A stretch of DNA of 64,000 nt from Blasia pusilla (Eukaryota): assembly GCA_050084515.1 (NCBI GenBank), contig CM114271.1, positions 44,516,001 to 44,580,000 on the forward strand, written 5' to 3'. The notes beneath the pieces were generated by a model. The model did not search any database. It was not told where the DNA came from and saw only the letters and a program-made list of their open reading frames with translations. Shown here piece by piece: positions 51,852-64,000 of the stretch. The translations under genes were made by a program, and so were the position numbers. Position 1 is the first letter of the stretch, and every line of letters begins with the position of its first letter.

Positions 51852-54800
51852 TGTCGCGCCCCTACTCTCCTTGAACGTCAATCTTTATTGTTGCGGAAGC
51901 ATATATTCAGTAGGACACGATCTCATCGCCGATTTGCACCCAAACACGCACTCTCGTTAGTCGGGTCTAGGCCAACCAACGTTCCAACCCACCGAGTTCT
52001 CAACTCGGCGTCTCATCAAGCTCAACCTTCCTTACTTCCTAGTTTCCAAAATATGGCAAGTCCTCCAAGACTTGGAACAGACTTCCTGATTAGTCCAAGA
52101 ACCTAAAATGGCACTTGCGCGCCTAGCGATCCCAATTGTTCAACGGACCTCGTGTGAGTTCCAAACCGAGATCCAAGTAATTGAGTCGCGGGGTGAAATC
52201 CAAGAGGGATGTCTAAAATCGCCTCCATAGACTTGGTTCAAGTTTTCCAACCCAACCCCAAACTCTCAATCCGTTCCATGCCTGTCGCGACCCTCATGAC
52301 CAAACAAGTGCCAAGCGGAACATCGGAACATTAGCGGGCTCACGCTAAGATGGTTTGCGCGTTGGAGTTGTCTCAAAGAGGAAACAAGAGACGAGACAAG
52401 AGACGAGACGCGAGCGAGGAGTCGCGTTTCAGATGTTATGGTCGCGACTGAGAAACTTGGACCAAACGCGAAATGAGACTTGAAAGAAGTCGAGTCTAGG
52501 AAGTGGGTTGCCAAAGGAAAGATCCGGATTTGGAACGCCACTAGCGTTTGAGAGTTTCCGACTGTATTTATGGCCATAACTTTTAGCGCCAAGATGCGTT
52601 TGGAAAAAATAAGGGTGCGTTGGAAAGCTTATGGAGAGCCGGTCCAAACGCACTAAAGATTGCTGCAAACGCATAAGTGACGGCCGAGATACAACCCAAA
52701 AACGACTACAAGTGGAGTCGGGTTGAGGGCCACAATGAAGGGCCCGACCCTCTTTTCTCATAGGGGAGGGGTTATTGGAGAACCCCAGAAGTACTAGTAA
52801 AGGGGAAGGTCTCCGAGAGTGCTTGGAACCCAAACCCCACTTTGGGCACCGCAGGGCAGCCCAAGGGCATGGAACGGAACGCGAGTTTGGGGATTGGGTT
52901 GGAAAACCTGCACCAAGTCCATTGAGGCGATTTGAGACATCCCTCTTGGATTCCACCCCGCGACTCAATTACTTGGGTCTCGGTTCGGAACTCACCCGAG
53001 GACCGTTGAACAGTTGGGATCGCTAGGCGCGCAAGTGCCGTTTCAGATCCCTGGACCAACCAGAAAGTCTGTTCCAAATCTTGAAGGACTTGCCATATTT
53101 TGGAAACTAGGAACTAAGGAAGGTTGAGCTTGATGAGACGCCGAGTTGAGGACTCGGTGGGTTGGAACGCTGGTTGGCCCAGACCCGACTAACGAGAGTG
53201 CGTGTTTGGGTGCAGATCAGCGATGAGTTCGTGACCTACTGAATGTACGCTTCCGCAACACCAAAGATTGACGTTCAAGTAGGGGCGCGACAAGTGGTAT
53301 CAGAGCTAATCCTTGGTGAGCGAGAACTTGGGGTCGTGGGATCAACCGGACGCTTGGGGAAACTCAAAGGTAGCGGCTAGACTCAGACGCTCGAGGAGGG
53401 ACGCAAGACCGAGGAGGAGATCTGAGTGAGTTGGCTTGGAAATGGCGATCGAGGGAGAACAAACCAAGAAGCGCCGAATCAAGCGACGTGAACCAAGAGA
53501 GGAACCAATGCCGGACCGTGAAGCTATAGAGGAGCGGAGACTCAAGAGCGAACGCCATGATCGTGAGGGCGTTAGGAGGCGAATCCTTCCGCGGGGCCAA
53601 TGGGCCCAAACTCAGGGGAACGGACCGAGTCGAGCCAGACGTTGGACTTGTTAAAGATGTTGGTGGAGCAGATGTCCCAGCAAAGCAAGCGGACTGCAGA
53701 GTTAGAGGCCACTCGAACCCCGGGTGCAGGCAAAAAGCTCTGCAAGACAAACCTGCCCACGCCATTCACTAGAGTGGGGCGCTCGCGGAAAGTGAAGGAT
53801 TTCCTTATGGAACTGGAACTGTACTTCGAGGCGCAGAGGGCAGCTGAGCAGGACAAGGTGACGATAGCCGTTACTTTCCTAAAGGATCATGCTCTACAAT
53901 GGTGGACAGCTCAACGAGAGGAATATCTGGGCGGCGAGTCACCTCTGAGTTGGGAGGAGTTCAAGGAGTTGATTGGGGATCGGTTCACTCCGAAGTACCA
54001 AGGGTTGCGCGACACGATGGAATGCGTGCGGATGCGGCAGAGTGGTTCCTTAAGCGCGTATGTGAGGGAGTTTAGTGCGAAACTGACTTCTAGTCCAAAG
54101 ATGGATGAGCACGCGAAGAAGGCTATCTTCATTAGTGGACTCAAGCCGAGCGCTGAAAAGGCCCTTTACCGAATGCCGACGTTGCCAGAGACCTGCGCGG
54201 ATCTTCTCAGGCTAGCGGAGCGGATTGGGGACGATGAGGTCCAAACCCAGAAACCCTTCGAGCCAAAAGGTTTTTCGAAGAAGTCAAAAAATAAGGAGGC
54301 GTTCAAAAGAGGTTGGAGTGGGGGCTAGCACAAACCAGGAGAGTCGTCTGCCCCGGCAGTAAAACGAGTGGAACTTCATGCGAAACCGAAAGGAGGACAA
54401 CACTCAAAGTCAGGGAACGGCAAGGTAGTATGCTACAACTGTGGCGAACCTGGACACCTGGCAAAAGGGTGTTCAAAACCGAAGGTTAGTAATGGGAGTA
54501 TGATTGCGTTTGTTGCTAAGCATCTGTTGGCGGGCGATCTCGAGACGTCCCTTCAAGTCACCAAGAGGACGCACAATTTGGTGTACCTAAAATCCAAGAT
54601 TGCTGATTGCGATGTGTTGTTGCTCGTGGATACAGGTGCTTCGCACTCCTTCCTAATCCCGAGAATCGTGAAGAAACTGGGGCTCTCTACCTCTAAGGCG
54701 GATGAGCCCATTCGAGTAGGATTTGCAGGAGGCAAGTCTCATCGGACTTCTGATTTGATCTTGGGTTTGACAGTAGGATGCGGGGTATTCGAGTCGAAGG

Positions 54801-57800
54801 AGAATTTCACTGTGTGCGAAATGGATGGCATTGACGGAGTCTTGGGGAATACATTCCTAGATGCGTATGAGGTGGAGTTAAGACGTAGACCCTTGAGGTT
54901 GAGCGTCTTGCTAAAAGGCAAACGGTTAGAGGTGCGGTTGGTCCGTGAGGTTCCAACAAAAATGGAGTTAGTGAACTTGATCACAAGGAGGAGCATGACT
55001 GAGTTGGAGGATGGATTTCTCTGCTTGATGAGACAAGTGGAGGAGGCTACAAGCAGTATACGCAGAGATGAGGACACTGCCTTGAGGGGAGTCCCAGAAC
55101 CACTCCAGGAAGTGGTCAAGGAGTTTGAGGATGTCTTGACAAATGAGCTTCCGACAGAATTGCCGCCGCATAGAGCCGTAGATCATAAGATAGAGATCAT
55201 ACCCGGTTCCCAACCGCCTTCAAAAGCACCATATAGGTTGAATCAGGAGGAACTTCTTAAGTTAAAAAAGAAGTTAAGTGAGCTCTTGGAAAAGGGTTAC
55301 ATTAGGACTAGCAAGTCACCTTATGGAGCACATGTTCTCTTTGTAAAGAAGAAGGATGGAAAGATGAGGCTGTGTGTTGATTACCGTGCACTGAGCAAAG
55401 TGACGGTTCGGAACAATTATCCTCTTCCGAGGATAGATGATCTCTTTGATAGGGTGGCAGGCGCGAGATATTTCAGTAGGATTGACTTGAAGTCAGGATA
55501 TTACCAGATTCGGATTGCCGAGGCAGATGTGGAGAAAGCTGCGTGCGGGGGCGAGATCTGGTTCCTTTGAGTTTGTAGTGATGCCTTTCGGTCTATGTAA
55601 CGCGCCTCCAACGTTCACCACATTGATGAACTCTATTTTTCACAAGGAAATGGATGAGTATGTTATCATCTATATCGATGACATACTTATCTATTCGAAG
55701 TCACTAGAGGAGCACGTTCGACATGTGAGAGCGGTCGTGTCTAAGCTAAGGGCAAATAAGTTGTATGCGAATGTAGAGAAGAGCGAATTTGGTTTGAGTA
55801 AGATCAAATGCTTGGGTCACATGGTCAGTGCAGATGGCGTCAGTCCAGACATGGAGAAGGTGAAAGAATTTCCGAGCGGGAACCCCCATCCACTGTAAAG
55901 GGGATGAGGAGGTTCATAGGTGCGGTGCAATTTTATCGTACTTATGTGAAACTTTTCGGGAATTGTTAGACCTCTCACGGATTGGACAGTAAAGTTTGCC
56001 AACACGACTTGGACCCAGGAAGTTAATGAGGCATTCAACCGAGTGAAGCAGATTCTATCGCATGAACCAGTGTTGAAGCTGCCGGAGTTTGACAAACCGT
56101 TCGAAGTGCATACCGATGCTAGTGATTTCGTGGTTGCAGGAATGTTGGTGCAAGAAGGGAGACCGGTGGCATATGAGAGCAAGAAGCTTAGCGATACTGA
56201 AAGGAGATGGCCTACTCACGAGAAAGAGTTGTTTGCGGTGGTACATTGCTTGAGGAAGTGGTGGCATTATCTAGGGCTCCACAGGACTCGAGTATTCACC
56301 GCTAATATATCACTCAAGTATTTTGAGACCCAGGATCGAGTGACACCGAAACAATTGCGATGGCATGATACCTTGGCGTTGATGGATGTTGAGTTGATTC
56401 ACAAGCCAAGTAAAGATAATGTGATTCCAGATGCGTTAAGTCGCAAGGAGGAACACATGCCATCGACGACACAGGTCTTGAGAGCAATGTTCCCTAAAGA
56501 AACAGATCTGGAAAGAAGGATTCGTGAAGGATATATGAAGGATGCTCAAGCAAGGGAGTACCTGAGGAAGTTGAAGCAGGGGGAGAAGGTGGCCAACATA
56601 AGTTTGAGGCACGGTTTACTAAGGTTCAAACAGAGTAGGATCTATGTAGGGCAAGGCGGGATGCGAACCAAGGTGTTAGCGAAGTGTCACGACAGGCCCT
56701 TGGCAGGACATAAAGGAGAGAAATCTACGCTAGCTGCTTGTATTCGGCGGTTCTTCTAGCCCAACATGAAAGAGGATGTTGCTCAATATGTGAAGACTGT
56801 GTGACTGCCAAGCGAATAGAGTCTCTTATGATAAGAAAGCAGGGCTTGTTGCATCCCTTGCCGATCCGAAGGACCCTTGCAAAGTGTGAGTATGGATTTC
56901 ATCACGAGTCTTCGGAATCCGAGGATACAACGCTATACTTGTGATTGTTGATCGGTTTAGCAAGTTGGCGAGATTCGTGCCGGCGGTGGATTCATAACGG
57001 CTTATCTGACAACGCAACTATTCCTCGATAGGCGGTGGCGTGCTCATGGTTTTCGAGGAGCATTTTTGGATTGGATCAAAGTTTACCAGTGCTTTCGGAA
57101 GCACTTATTCAAAAGGTTTAAGACCAAGCTGAGTTTGATCGGCTTTCCACCTGAGACGGATGGACAGATGAAAAGGTAAACTCTATCGTAAATCAGATTA
57201 AGGAATTATGTCGGTCTTGATCAACGCGATTGGGTCAAGTGGTGAGCATGGCGGAATCTTTGCTACAACTCGACCAAGCATGCAAGGAATGGAGAATCTC
57301 CGTTTCTCCTGGCAAATGGACGAGAGCCACAAGGGCCTCTTGATCTAGCCCTTTCGAAGGATACTACATTGGCACAAACACGACAAGCGACGGCAGAAGG
57401 TTTGTTGGTAGAGATGCGAGAACGAGAGGAGCGCGCGAGGCGAAGTCTTGCAAAGGCTCAAATGAGGTACGTTAAGCATGCTAACAAGAGTCGGGGCCAA
57501 GTACGATTCCAAGTTGGAGAACAAGTGTGGTTGAGTGTCAAGAACCTCACTCTTCCAAAAGAGTTGTCTGCGAAGCTGTCTGCCAAGTATGTTGGACCGT
57601 ATGTGATTGTGGCAAACCCGTTTGAGGATGTGTATACGTTGAGGCTGCCGGACGAGTTCAAGATTCACCCAACCTTTCATGTGTCATTGTTGAAGAAATA
57701 TCTTCAAGATAATGGACGTTTCGCGCGGAGACAGGTGGTGAGACCACACTCGGTCATTGTAAATGAAGAGCCGGAGTTTGAGGTGGGGACCATCTTACGT

Positions 57801-59581
57801 TCGAGGCGTCGGGCCAACAAGTATGAATACTTGGTAAAATGGAAGGGCTACCATGTGAAGGAGGCGACTTGGATTGCGGAGGCGGATTTGGAACATGCGC
57901 AAGACTTGTTGCGCCACTTCAAGCGAACACAAGCGAAGCACATACGTTAGTACGAGGAGAAGCTAGAGACAGGACTTGTAACCAGTGGAAACTTGGGCCG
58001 AAGGCCATTGTAACTAGAATATGCTAGTATTGCAATAAAGGAGTGTATGGATTTGGAGATTCGATGCCAGAGTTGATTGCAATTTGTTATGGTAGTGCAT
58101 GGCTATGAGTCGTTCATCATAGGCTTAGGATGTACAACAAGAGGACAGACAAGGAGTATTTGAGGTGAGAGCTCGTATGTGGATAAGCACCTAGAACAGG
58201 ACCTTGTGTTGGATTACACTCGGGCTCGCCCTAGCGTCGGCGGGGCAGATGAAGTCTGTCTTGGGGCTTGGGGTGATCTTACTTGTGGCCACATAAGTAA
58301 ACTTAGTGACGCACCTAAGTCGAATATGAGAGCGACCCAATAGTAGTACAATTTGTGGACCAGGTAAACAGGTGTGATGTTTACAGGAATAAGTCAGAAG
58401 AGTCTAAGGTTGCACACTTAGTTAGCTTATTTGATAGGTTAGTTCCTTGGAACTAGTCCAGGCTTATCAAAGAAGAGAGGGTAATAATTCTAAGTGGGGC
58501 AAAGCGACAACTAGAGACTAAGAGGAATTGCGGGTTAGCCACCAGAACGCAATTCAATGTCAAGGGGTAGGCTGCCCAAGAGACTTGACATAACAAAGGT
58601 TTGCGTTGATAAGGACATCAACCTCTAAAAGAGGGGTGAGTGTCGCGACCCTCATGACCAAACAAGTGCCAAGCAGAACATCGGAACATTAGCGGGCTCA
58701 CGCTAAGATGGTTTGCGCGTTGGAGTTGTCTCAAAGAGGAGACAAGAGACGAGATGCAAGCAAGGAGTCGCGTTTCAGATGTTATGGTTGCGACTGAGAA
58801 ACCTGGACCAAACGCGGAATGGGACTTGAAAGAAGTCGAATCTAGGAAGTGGGTTGCCAAAGGAAAGATCCGGATTTGGAACGCCACTAGCGTTTGAGAG
58901 TTTTCGACTGTATTTATTGCCATAACTTTTAGCGCCGAGATGCGTTTGGAACAAATAAGGGTGCGTTGGAAAGCTTATGGAGAGCCGGTCCAAACGCACT
59001 AAAGATTGCTGCAAATGCATAAGCGACGGCTGAGATACAACCCAAAAACGACTACAAGTGGAGTCGGGTTGAGGGCCACAATGAAGGGCCATAACCCCTC
59101 TTTTCCCAAAGGGGAGGGGTTATTGGAGAACCCCTCATTATGGCCCTCAACCCGACTCTACTTACAATCGTTTCCGGGTTGTTTCTCAGCCGCTGCTTAT
59201 GCGTTTGCAGAGATCTTTAGTGCATTTGAACCGACTTTCCATAAGCCTTCTAATGCACCCTTGTTCAATCCAAACGCATCTTGCCGCTAAAATTTGTGGC
59301 CATAATTACAGTCAAAAACTCTCAAACCCTAGTGGCGCCCCCAAATCCGGATTCCTTCCTTTGGCAACCCACTTTCTAGACTCAACTCCTTTCAAGTCTT
59401 GTTCCACGTTTGGTCCAGGTTTCTCAATCGCGACCAGAATATCTGAAACACGAAGCCTCGCTTGCGTCCTATCTCTTGTCTCTTCTTTGAGACCACTCCA
59501 ACGGGCAAACCATCTTAGCGTGAGCCCGCCAATGTTCCAATGTTCCGCTTTGGCACTCGTTTGGTCATGAGGGTCGCGACA
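51852..59581 (-). mobile_element. Split solo LTR (51852-52282 + ~59135-59581) of the chromovirus family, with 5-bp TSD CACTA
   Basis: Both pieces are reverse complements of parts of LTR 52283-53292; TG...CA termini; CACTA at 51847-51851 and 59582-59586. Confidence 0.88.
52283..59134 (+). mobile_element. Near full-length chromovirus (Ty3/Gypsy with chromodomain); 3' LTR truncated
   Basis: 5' LTR 52283-53292 (TG..CA); PBS TGGTATCAGAGC (tRNA-Met) at 53295-53306; gag 53600-54328; knuckle [14 protein letters not shown]; protease [16 protein letters not shown]; RNase H HTDASD; integrase; chromodomain EFEVGTIL...EYLVKWKGYHVKEATW (to 57950); PPT AAAAGAGGGGTGAG at 58627-58640; 3' LTR 58641-~59134. 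Confidence 0.95.
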
Positions 59582-62500
59582 CACTATGCTCGCAACGCTG
59601 CCAGTACACAAGTACTCCAAGACCATGCCATCATCGTGAATGTCTCGTCCACCTGTCGTCTCCTCACCGGCCTTTGGATCTAAGGACTCTCCATCAGACC
59701 TCGCCATCAAAGTCTCAGCAATCTTGCTCTCCATAGCTAACAAGCCCACATAGGCTGACGCATGCCATCCTGGCACCTACTACCCTATACACATCTCGCA
59801 CACATCCATCGTCTTGTGGGAACTACCACTAGTAGAAAAAGGGCCATTTTAAACCTATATCATTGTGACTCGTGTTACCTAGAGTCTTTTTATTACTCTT
59901 AGTTACTCCGAAACTGGCATTGTGACTTGAGAATTACTCAAAGGGTAGGGGAGTCACAATTTGATACTTATTAAACAACATGAAAACATTTAGGAAGCCA
60001 ATTTAACTTGTATATCAATGTTTAAAACCCAGCCATGTAATGAGCAAAATGAACAATTTCTTTCTCCTCTCTATTTTCCAAAGAGTGACTTGGATAATCT
60101 AACCTACAACTATTCTGAAGAAAATGACTAAAACTTAATAAAAAAAGATAGAGAAAAAAGTAAGAGATAGTGGAGTAAAGGGAAATAGGATTTAGGCCCT
60201 AAACCCTCTTGAAAACCCTAAAACCCGCGTTTAGGGATTGTGAAGTGTCCGAAGAGAATGTGCGAAAATTTGATTAGCCTCGGCGGGCCGTTTGTGGCGA
60301 TCAAAATTCCTGAGAGTGTGCGGGAAAGGCCGAACACTCCTGAGAGGGCTGTTTGGGGTTGTTGAATAGAGAGCGGGGATTTTGGAGTGGCTGGGTTGTC
60401 ACCGCTTTCCAGGAGAGAGTGGGGATTACGGAGTGACTTTCTGGGAAATCTTAGGGTGCGAAAGCTTGCTAAGGCATGGCCGATGAGGATTGAGTGTTTT
60501 AGCAGTGGGCAAGGATTGTGGAGGGGCCAAAGAAATACTCAAAGGCTTTCTTAGTGTGGTGTTTGGGTTTCTAGAGAGAGAGCGTGGCGGAGTAACCCAG
60601 ACGTTCGAGTTGCTTGTTTGTAGGTAGGCAATGATTTTCCTCACTGCTGACCTCTCTCATCATCGATAGGGCTTTGCAAAGACTCGGATTGTGGACAATT
60701 ATCAACTTCTTTCCCTGTTTCTTCCTCTTTTCCTCTCGCATTACCCGTTCTCTCTCTTTGGCCATCGAGGCGGGTTGTGAAGAAAGTGAAAATTCATCAA
60801 AAGAAGCTCTTGGTCCCCTATATTGCCATACAAAGCCAAAAGCTTGGACTATTTGTGTGTCCTTGAGCGAGGCAGACAGATTCTACTACCAATTTTGAGG
60901 GATGCCCTGTTCAGAAATTGTACCCTAGAGAGCGCCGAGAGGGAACTTTGCCATTTGATGTAGAACTCTAATCAGTGCAATTCACAACAAGGCAAACCAA
61001 CAAACATGTCTATGCGGGTCATTGGCTGCTTCCCCTCCCCCTTTGCCCCTGCACTCATTCTCTCTCTCTACTTAGAGCATTGTCTTTTTCCAAAACTCTG
61101 TCCTCACAGTCTTCCAGCCACTTCTTATGGCTGGTTCCGAAATGGTTTACTTGCGCTCAACTTCGTCTTTGTGCCTCTTTTAGGGACCAGAACAATAAGC
61201 TCCGTTGTTCCTCGCATTGGTCGTTGGTGTTCTTCCTGCGATTTGTCGTCTGTGGAGAAAGGTGAGTTGTCCAGTTCGTGCTTCACCTAAGTGCCGCGGT
61301 TTCGCTCCTTGATTTCATTTCCATATGCACTTCTTCTCACATTTTTATTGACACGCTTTCATCATCTCGAGGCACGCACAACTCCTTGTGACATTTCAAA
61401 CTAGCCGAGGTTTGAAATCTCATCTCTCCCTTACGCGCACTTTCTTTTCATCATTGTTCTTCCTGTTTTGCAGCTTCATCATCGAGTGTGAATTCACTTT
61501 TGACAATTTTTGAATCGTGGCACGGCGATTTGTGCTACGGTTGCAAATTCCAAGTCTCTTATCCATTTTACTTCACCTTTCTAGTGAGTAGCGACAACAG
61601 GCGCAAGCCGAGGCTAAGCTCTTGACAATCGGGTTTGGACAAAACTGCAACCTATTTACCTTTCTACAAATCAAGTTACCAACCTGCTCCTTTTTCATCT
61701 CTATCAAAATTTATAGTTTTTTGAAACTAAAACCCCGAGCTGCCAATTCTCCAGTTTGTACAATTTGCTAGACCGTTAAGGGTTGATTCCATACATTCCG
61801 CCTTTTCCACTATTGCAAAGTTGCAATGGGATGATTTCCAATGATAAGGCCCTCTTGCGTTTGTCTGAGTTGTGGATCTCTTATGCTGCCTTTGTCCCGC
61901 TGGTCCAAGGCAATGTATTTCACAACTAGCTCATAGCATGGGGATCCTCATTGCATATTCTACAGAAACCTTTCTCTTTACTCCGGTTTCTCTTCCTTAG
62001 TGGTCTTCATCTTAAGATTCGCTAGGTGTACGAGCAAGGTCAAGATGATACACTATCAATGAAAATACATATGTGTTGTTTATTCTCTCGACTTAAGCCT
62101 TAAGTGTTAGTGTTTAGTGCAACGAGCGATTGATCTAGCTTGTGGATATGTTGTGCTGCTTTTATTCCCGTGGTCCAAAGAAATGCATCTCACAACTAAG
62201 TCCTACAATTGAGTTCTTCGTCGAATCAGATTAGGACTTCCGCCCAAAGTACCTGGAATCGAGCGAATAATTGCAACAGACGCAATCCCGAGGGCAAGCT
62301 TTTGACAGTCGCCCTCAGGCAAAAACTCCAACCTAACTACTACCTATTCAAATCGACTAAGCCCTATTGAAATTTGACGATTCACTTCAAATATATTTAC
62401 CCAAAGATTAGCATTGATAAATCGCACGACATACATTAGTAAGCTTACTCACCGGCTTCACACCATAGTGACATCGAGTATTGTATGACAGTTATGCTTA

Positions 62501-62594
62501 GGCCTTTTCCGCATTCCTCTATACCACGGAATGCTTGAATGTACCAAAACTGATATTTGTTGCACTTCATGTCACCTTTCAATTTCTTCTTCTT

Positions 62595-62598
<4 letters not shown>

Positions 62599-62672
<74 letters not shown>
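62599..62672. repeat. (TC)n microsatellite
   Basis: Direct reading. Confidence 0.97.
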
Positions 62673-62675
<3 letters not shown>

Positions 62676-62680
62676 TCCCT

Positions 62681-62983
62681 GAAAAGCAGGATGGGAACAC
62701 AACTAAACTCTTGCGCCTTGTGTGACGATGGGGATGAAACCTCTAGTCATTACTTGGTCTCTTGCGCAAAATTCCCAACACACAAAGCGAGAGCATATGC
62801 TCATATTGCTAAGCTGGTAGCATCATAATTGCTCAACACATTCAGTAGCCTTGATTCATTGCCCAAAGCTGTTGCACTGGTACGTAATGTCTATTGGGGA
62901 TCCCAATCAGGTAAAGTAGATGGTATGGTGAAGAGTTTCTTGGTTGATACTTGGAAGCTCCGCACAAACATGTTGTTTGGCCA
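62681..62983 (+). mobile_element. Second fragment of the same LINE as 47479-48087
   Basis: Reverse-complement similarity to ~47640-47945; encodes CX2CX8HX4C finger SCALCDDGDETSSHYLVSC. Confidence 0.8.
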
Positions 62984-63047
62984 CTCATTGAGCCTTACCC
63001 GAATTTGAAAATATATTTGAGATTATACTACAGGAATTGAGCCTTAC

Positions 63048-63545
63048 CCGAATCTGACTCGTCGCGGATCGGAGTGGGTACTCGTTTTTTATGATCCACG
63101 ATTGCGCCATCCTCCACTTTAGCGACCTCTTGACGCACTGTAGGTTGAAGAGCTCGTCCTTGCTCCTTCCAGTCAACACCAAGAAGCAGCCCCTGTCACT
63201 CAGATAGGCGTCTGCAAAGGAGAACAATAGCGCGATTTGGTCATAAGAGAGCGGCACATTCCACTCAGGTACCCCGTCCGACGGATTCTCGCCCCAAAGT
63301 CGCAACCCCAAGGGCAGATCAGCGATCAAGAGATCCACCGCAACCTCTTCGACCACTCCATTCACCAAGCTCGTGAGTCTTTCATAGCAGTGGATGAAAA
63401 TTTTATGTCTGTTTGATTTCTTCTCCAAATTGGAACCATCTTTGTATCCAAAGATGTTAGGGTGGACGGTACGCAAGACATAATAGGTGAGCAGATCCAA
63501 AGTGACCTCGGACCAGTAAAGTATGGAATCTCCTACCTTTAGCAA
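63048..63545 (-). CDS. Exon encoding an N6-adenine/N4-cytosine (amino) methyltransferase-like N-terminal half; catalytic motif degenerate
   Basis: KIFIHCYERL...VAVDLLIADLPLG...WN...LLFSFADAYLSDRGCFLVL resembles beta-class 'svDliitDPPYg...rvLkpgGsl'; followed by donor CGG|GTAAGG at 63047. Confidence 0.5.
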
Positions 63546-64000
63546 ATGGTCAATCTGAGTTACTGCCCGCCTCGAATTTGTCTGTTTCCCAAGTAGACGG
63601 TCTAGAATTTCCTAGTGCTCCGAGCTCTACGTTTGCAACTCCAAGCTCTGCAGATCCGGCTTCGACTCCAACTTCACATGCTCGTACCAATGTTCTTCCT
63701 AAAGAGATTCCGGATGTTATCAACCTCATTGGATCTGTCGGACAATAATCGGGCCCTTTGTCCGCTTACTCGTTCCTCTTGCGAGTATCAGGCAATAGTT
63801 TGCTTTCGTCTCTGGCCTTGAAAATGTTCAAGCACATTCTCGTCGACAAGCTGCCGCCCATGTATGATGGTAATTGCATTTTTGAGTTGCCTCCACTTGC
63901 TGCTCCTGCTCAAAAAAAAGATGGAGGACGTCTGAAGGGTATGGACAGAAAGTCTCATTGTCATCGATGGTGCAGGCTTCAACGGACTAGTGCTTCAATT

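Larger units (their letters stand above)
50172..59826 (-). mobile_element. Decayed Gypsy element: integrase + C-terminal PHD finger, PPT and partial 3' LTR; split by the chromovirus composite at 51852-59581
   Basis: Pre-integrase segment 59587-59780 continues across the TSD into 51846 downward. HHCC (ELGHFG...CMVC). DDE (WSLDFAGP, LTDQG, GLVERV). PHD CMLC...VCDGCLRG*HMACLTP..VPQGRWMCPRC at 50484-50617. PPT AGGGGGGCG on - at ~50304-50312, then TG at 50301. Confidence 0.85.
59827..64000. mobile_element. Putative CACTA (En/Spm) element, left end; right end not seen in window
   Basis: Terminus CACTAGTAGAAAAA at 59827 abruptly truncates the Gypsy sequence. Subterminal repeats CATTGTGACT (direct at ~59861 and ~59918, inverted GAGTCACAAT at 59951) and several TTACTC. 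No transposase seen. Confidence 0.65.

Noticed and set aside
54326-54334. In-frame TAG between chromovirus gag and pol as programmed readthrough
   Set aside because: Context TAG-CAC-AAA does not fit the CARYYA readthrough signal, and the stop precedes the gag Zn knuckle; a CAG>TAG mutation is simpler
55540-57300. Dense frameshifts in chromovirus pol as a biological signal
   Set aside because: Could equally be long-read consensus indel errors in a repeat; cannot be distinguished from sequence alone
60195-60235. CCCTAAACCC telomere-like motifs (also ~806, ~900, ~21474)
   Set aside because: Isolated telo-box-like words common in plant promoters and TEs; not an array or a telomerase RNA
63987-63992. 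CTAGTG near the window end as right TIR of the CACTA element
   Set aside because: Only the last few bases match; the expected TTTTTCT upstream and TAC TSD downstream are absent

Overview
Repeat-rich nuclear DNA from a land plant, probably a non-seed plant such as a bryophyte (inferred from gene and TE content). There are two intact-looking host genes: an intronless GT29 sialyltransferase-like gene (18860-20212, +) and an ~11-exon TYW3-Kelch(TYW4C)-TYW2 wybutosine fusion gene (40645-48601, -). They sit among nested, decayed transposons. The main result is a Ty3/Gypsy element (1-~9450, -) whose pol carries a complete DNMT3-like C5-cytosine methyltransferase domain (motifs I, IV-PCQ, V, VI-ENI, VIII, IX, X), in frame with the protease and upstream of RT. 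The ORF track shows only its C-terminal half because of in-frame stops. A second Gypsy remnant (~50170-59826, -) has an integrase ending in a PHD finger. A putative CACTA element starting at 59827 contains an exon resembling an N4C/N6A amino-methyltransferase. Also present: a rearranged Copia, a hAT transposase, a CRE-like non-LTR element, a chromovirus nested head-to-head in its own solo LTR, and a LINE found twice next to (TC)n microsatellites. All assignments are motif-based by eye; no database search was run.
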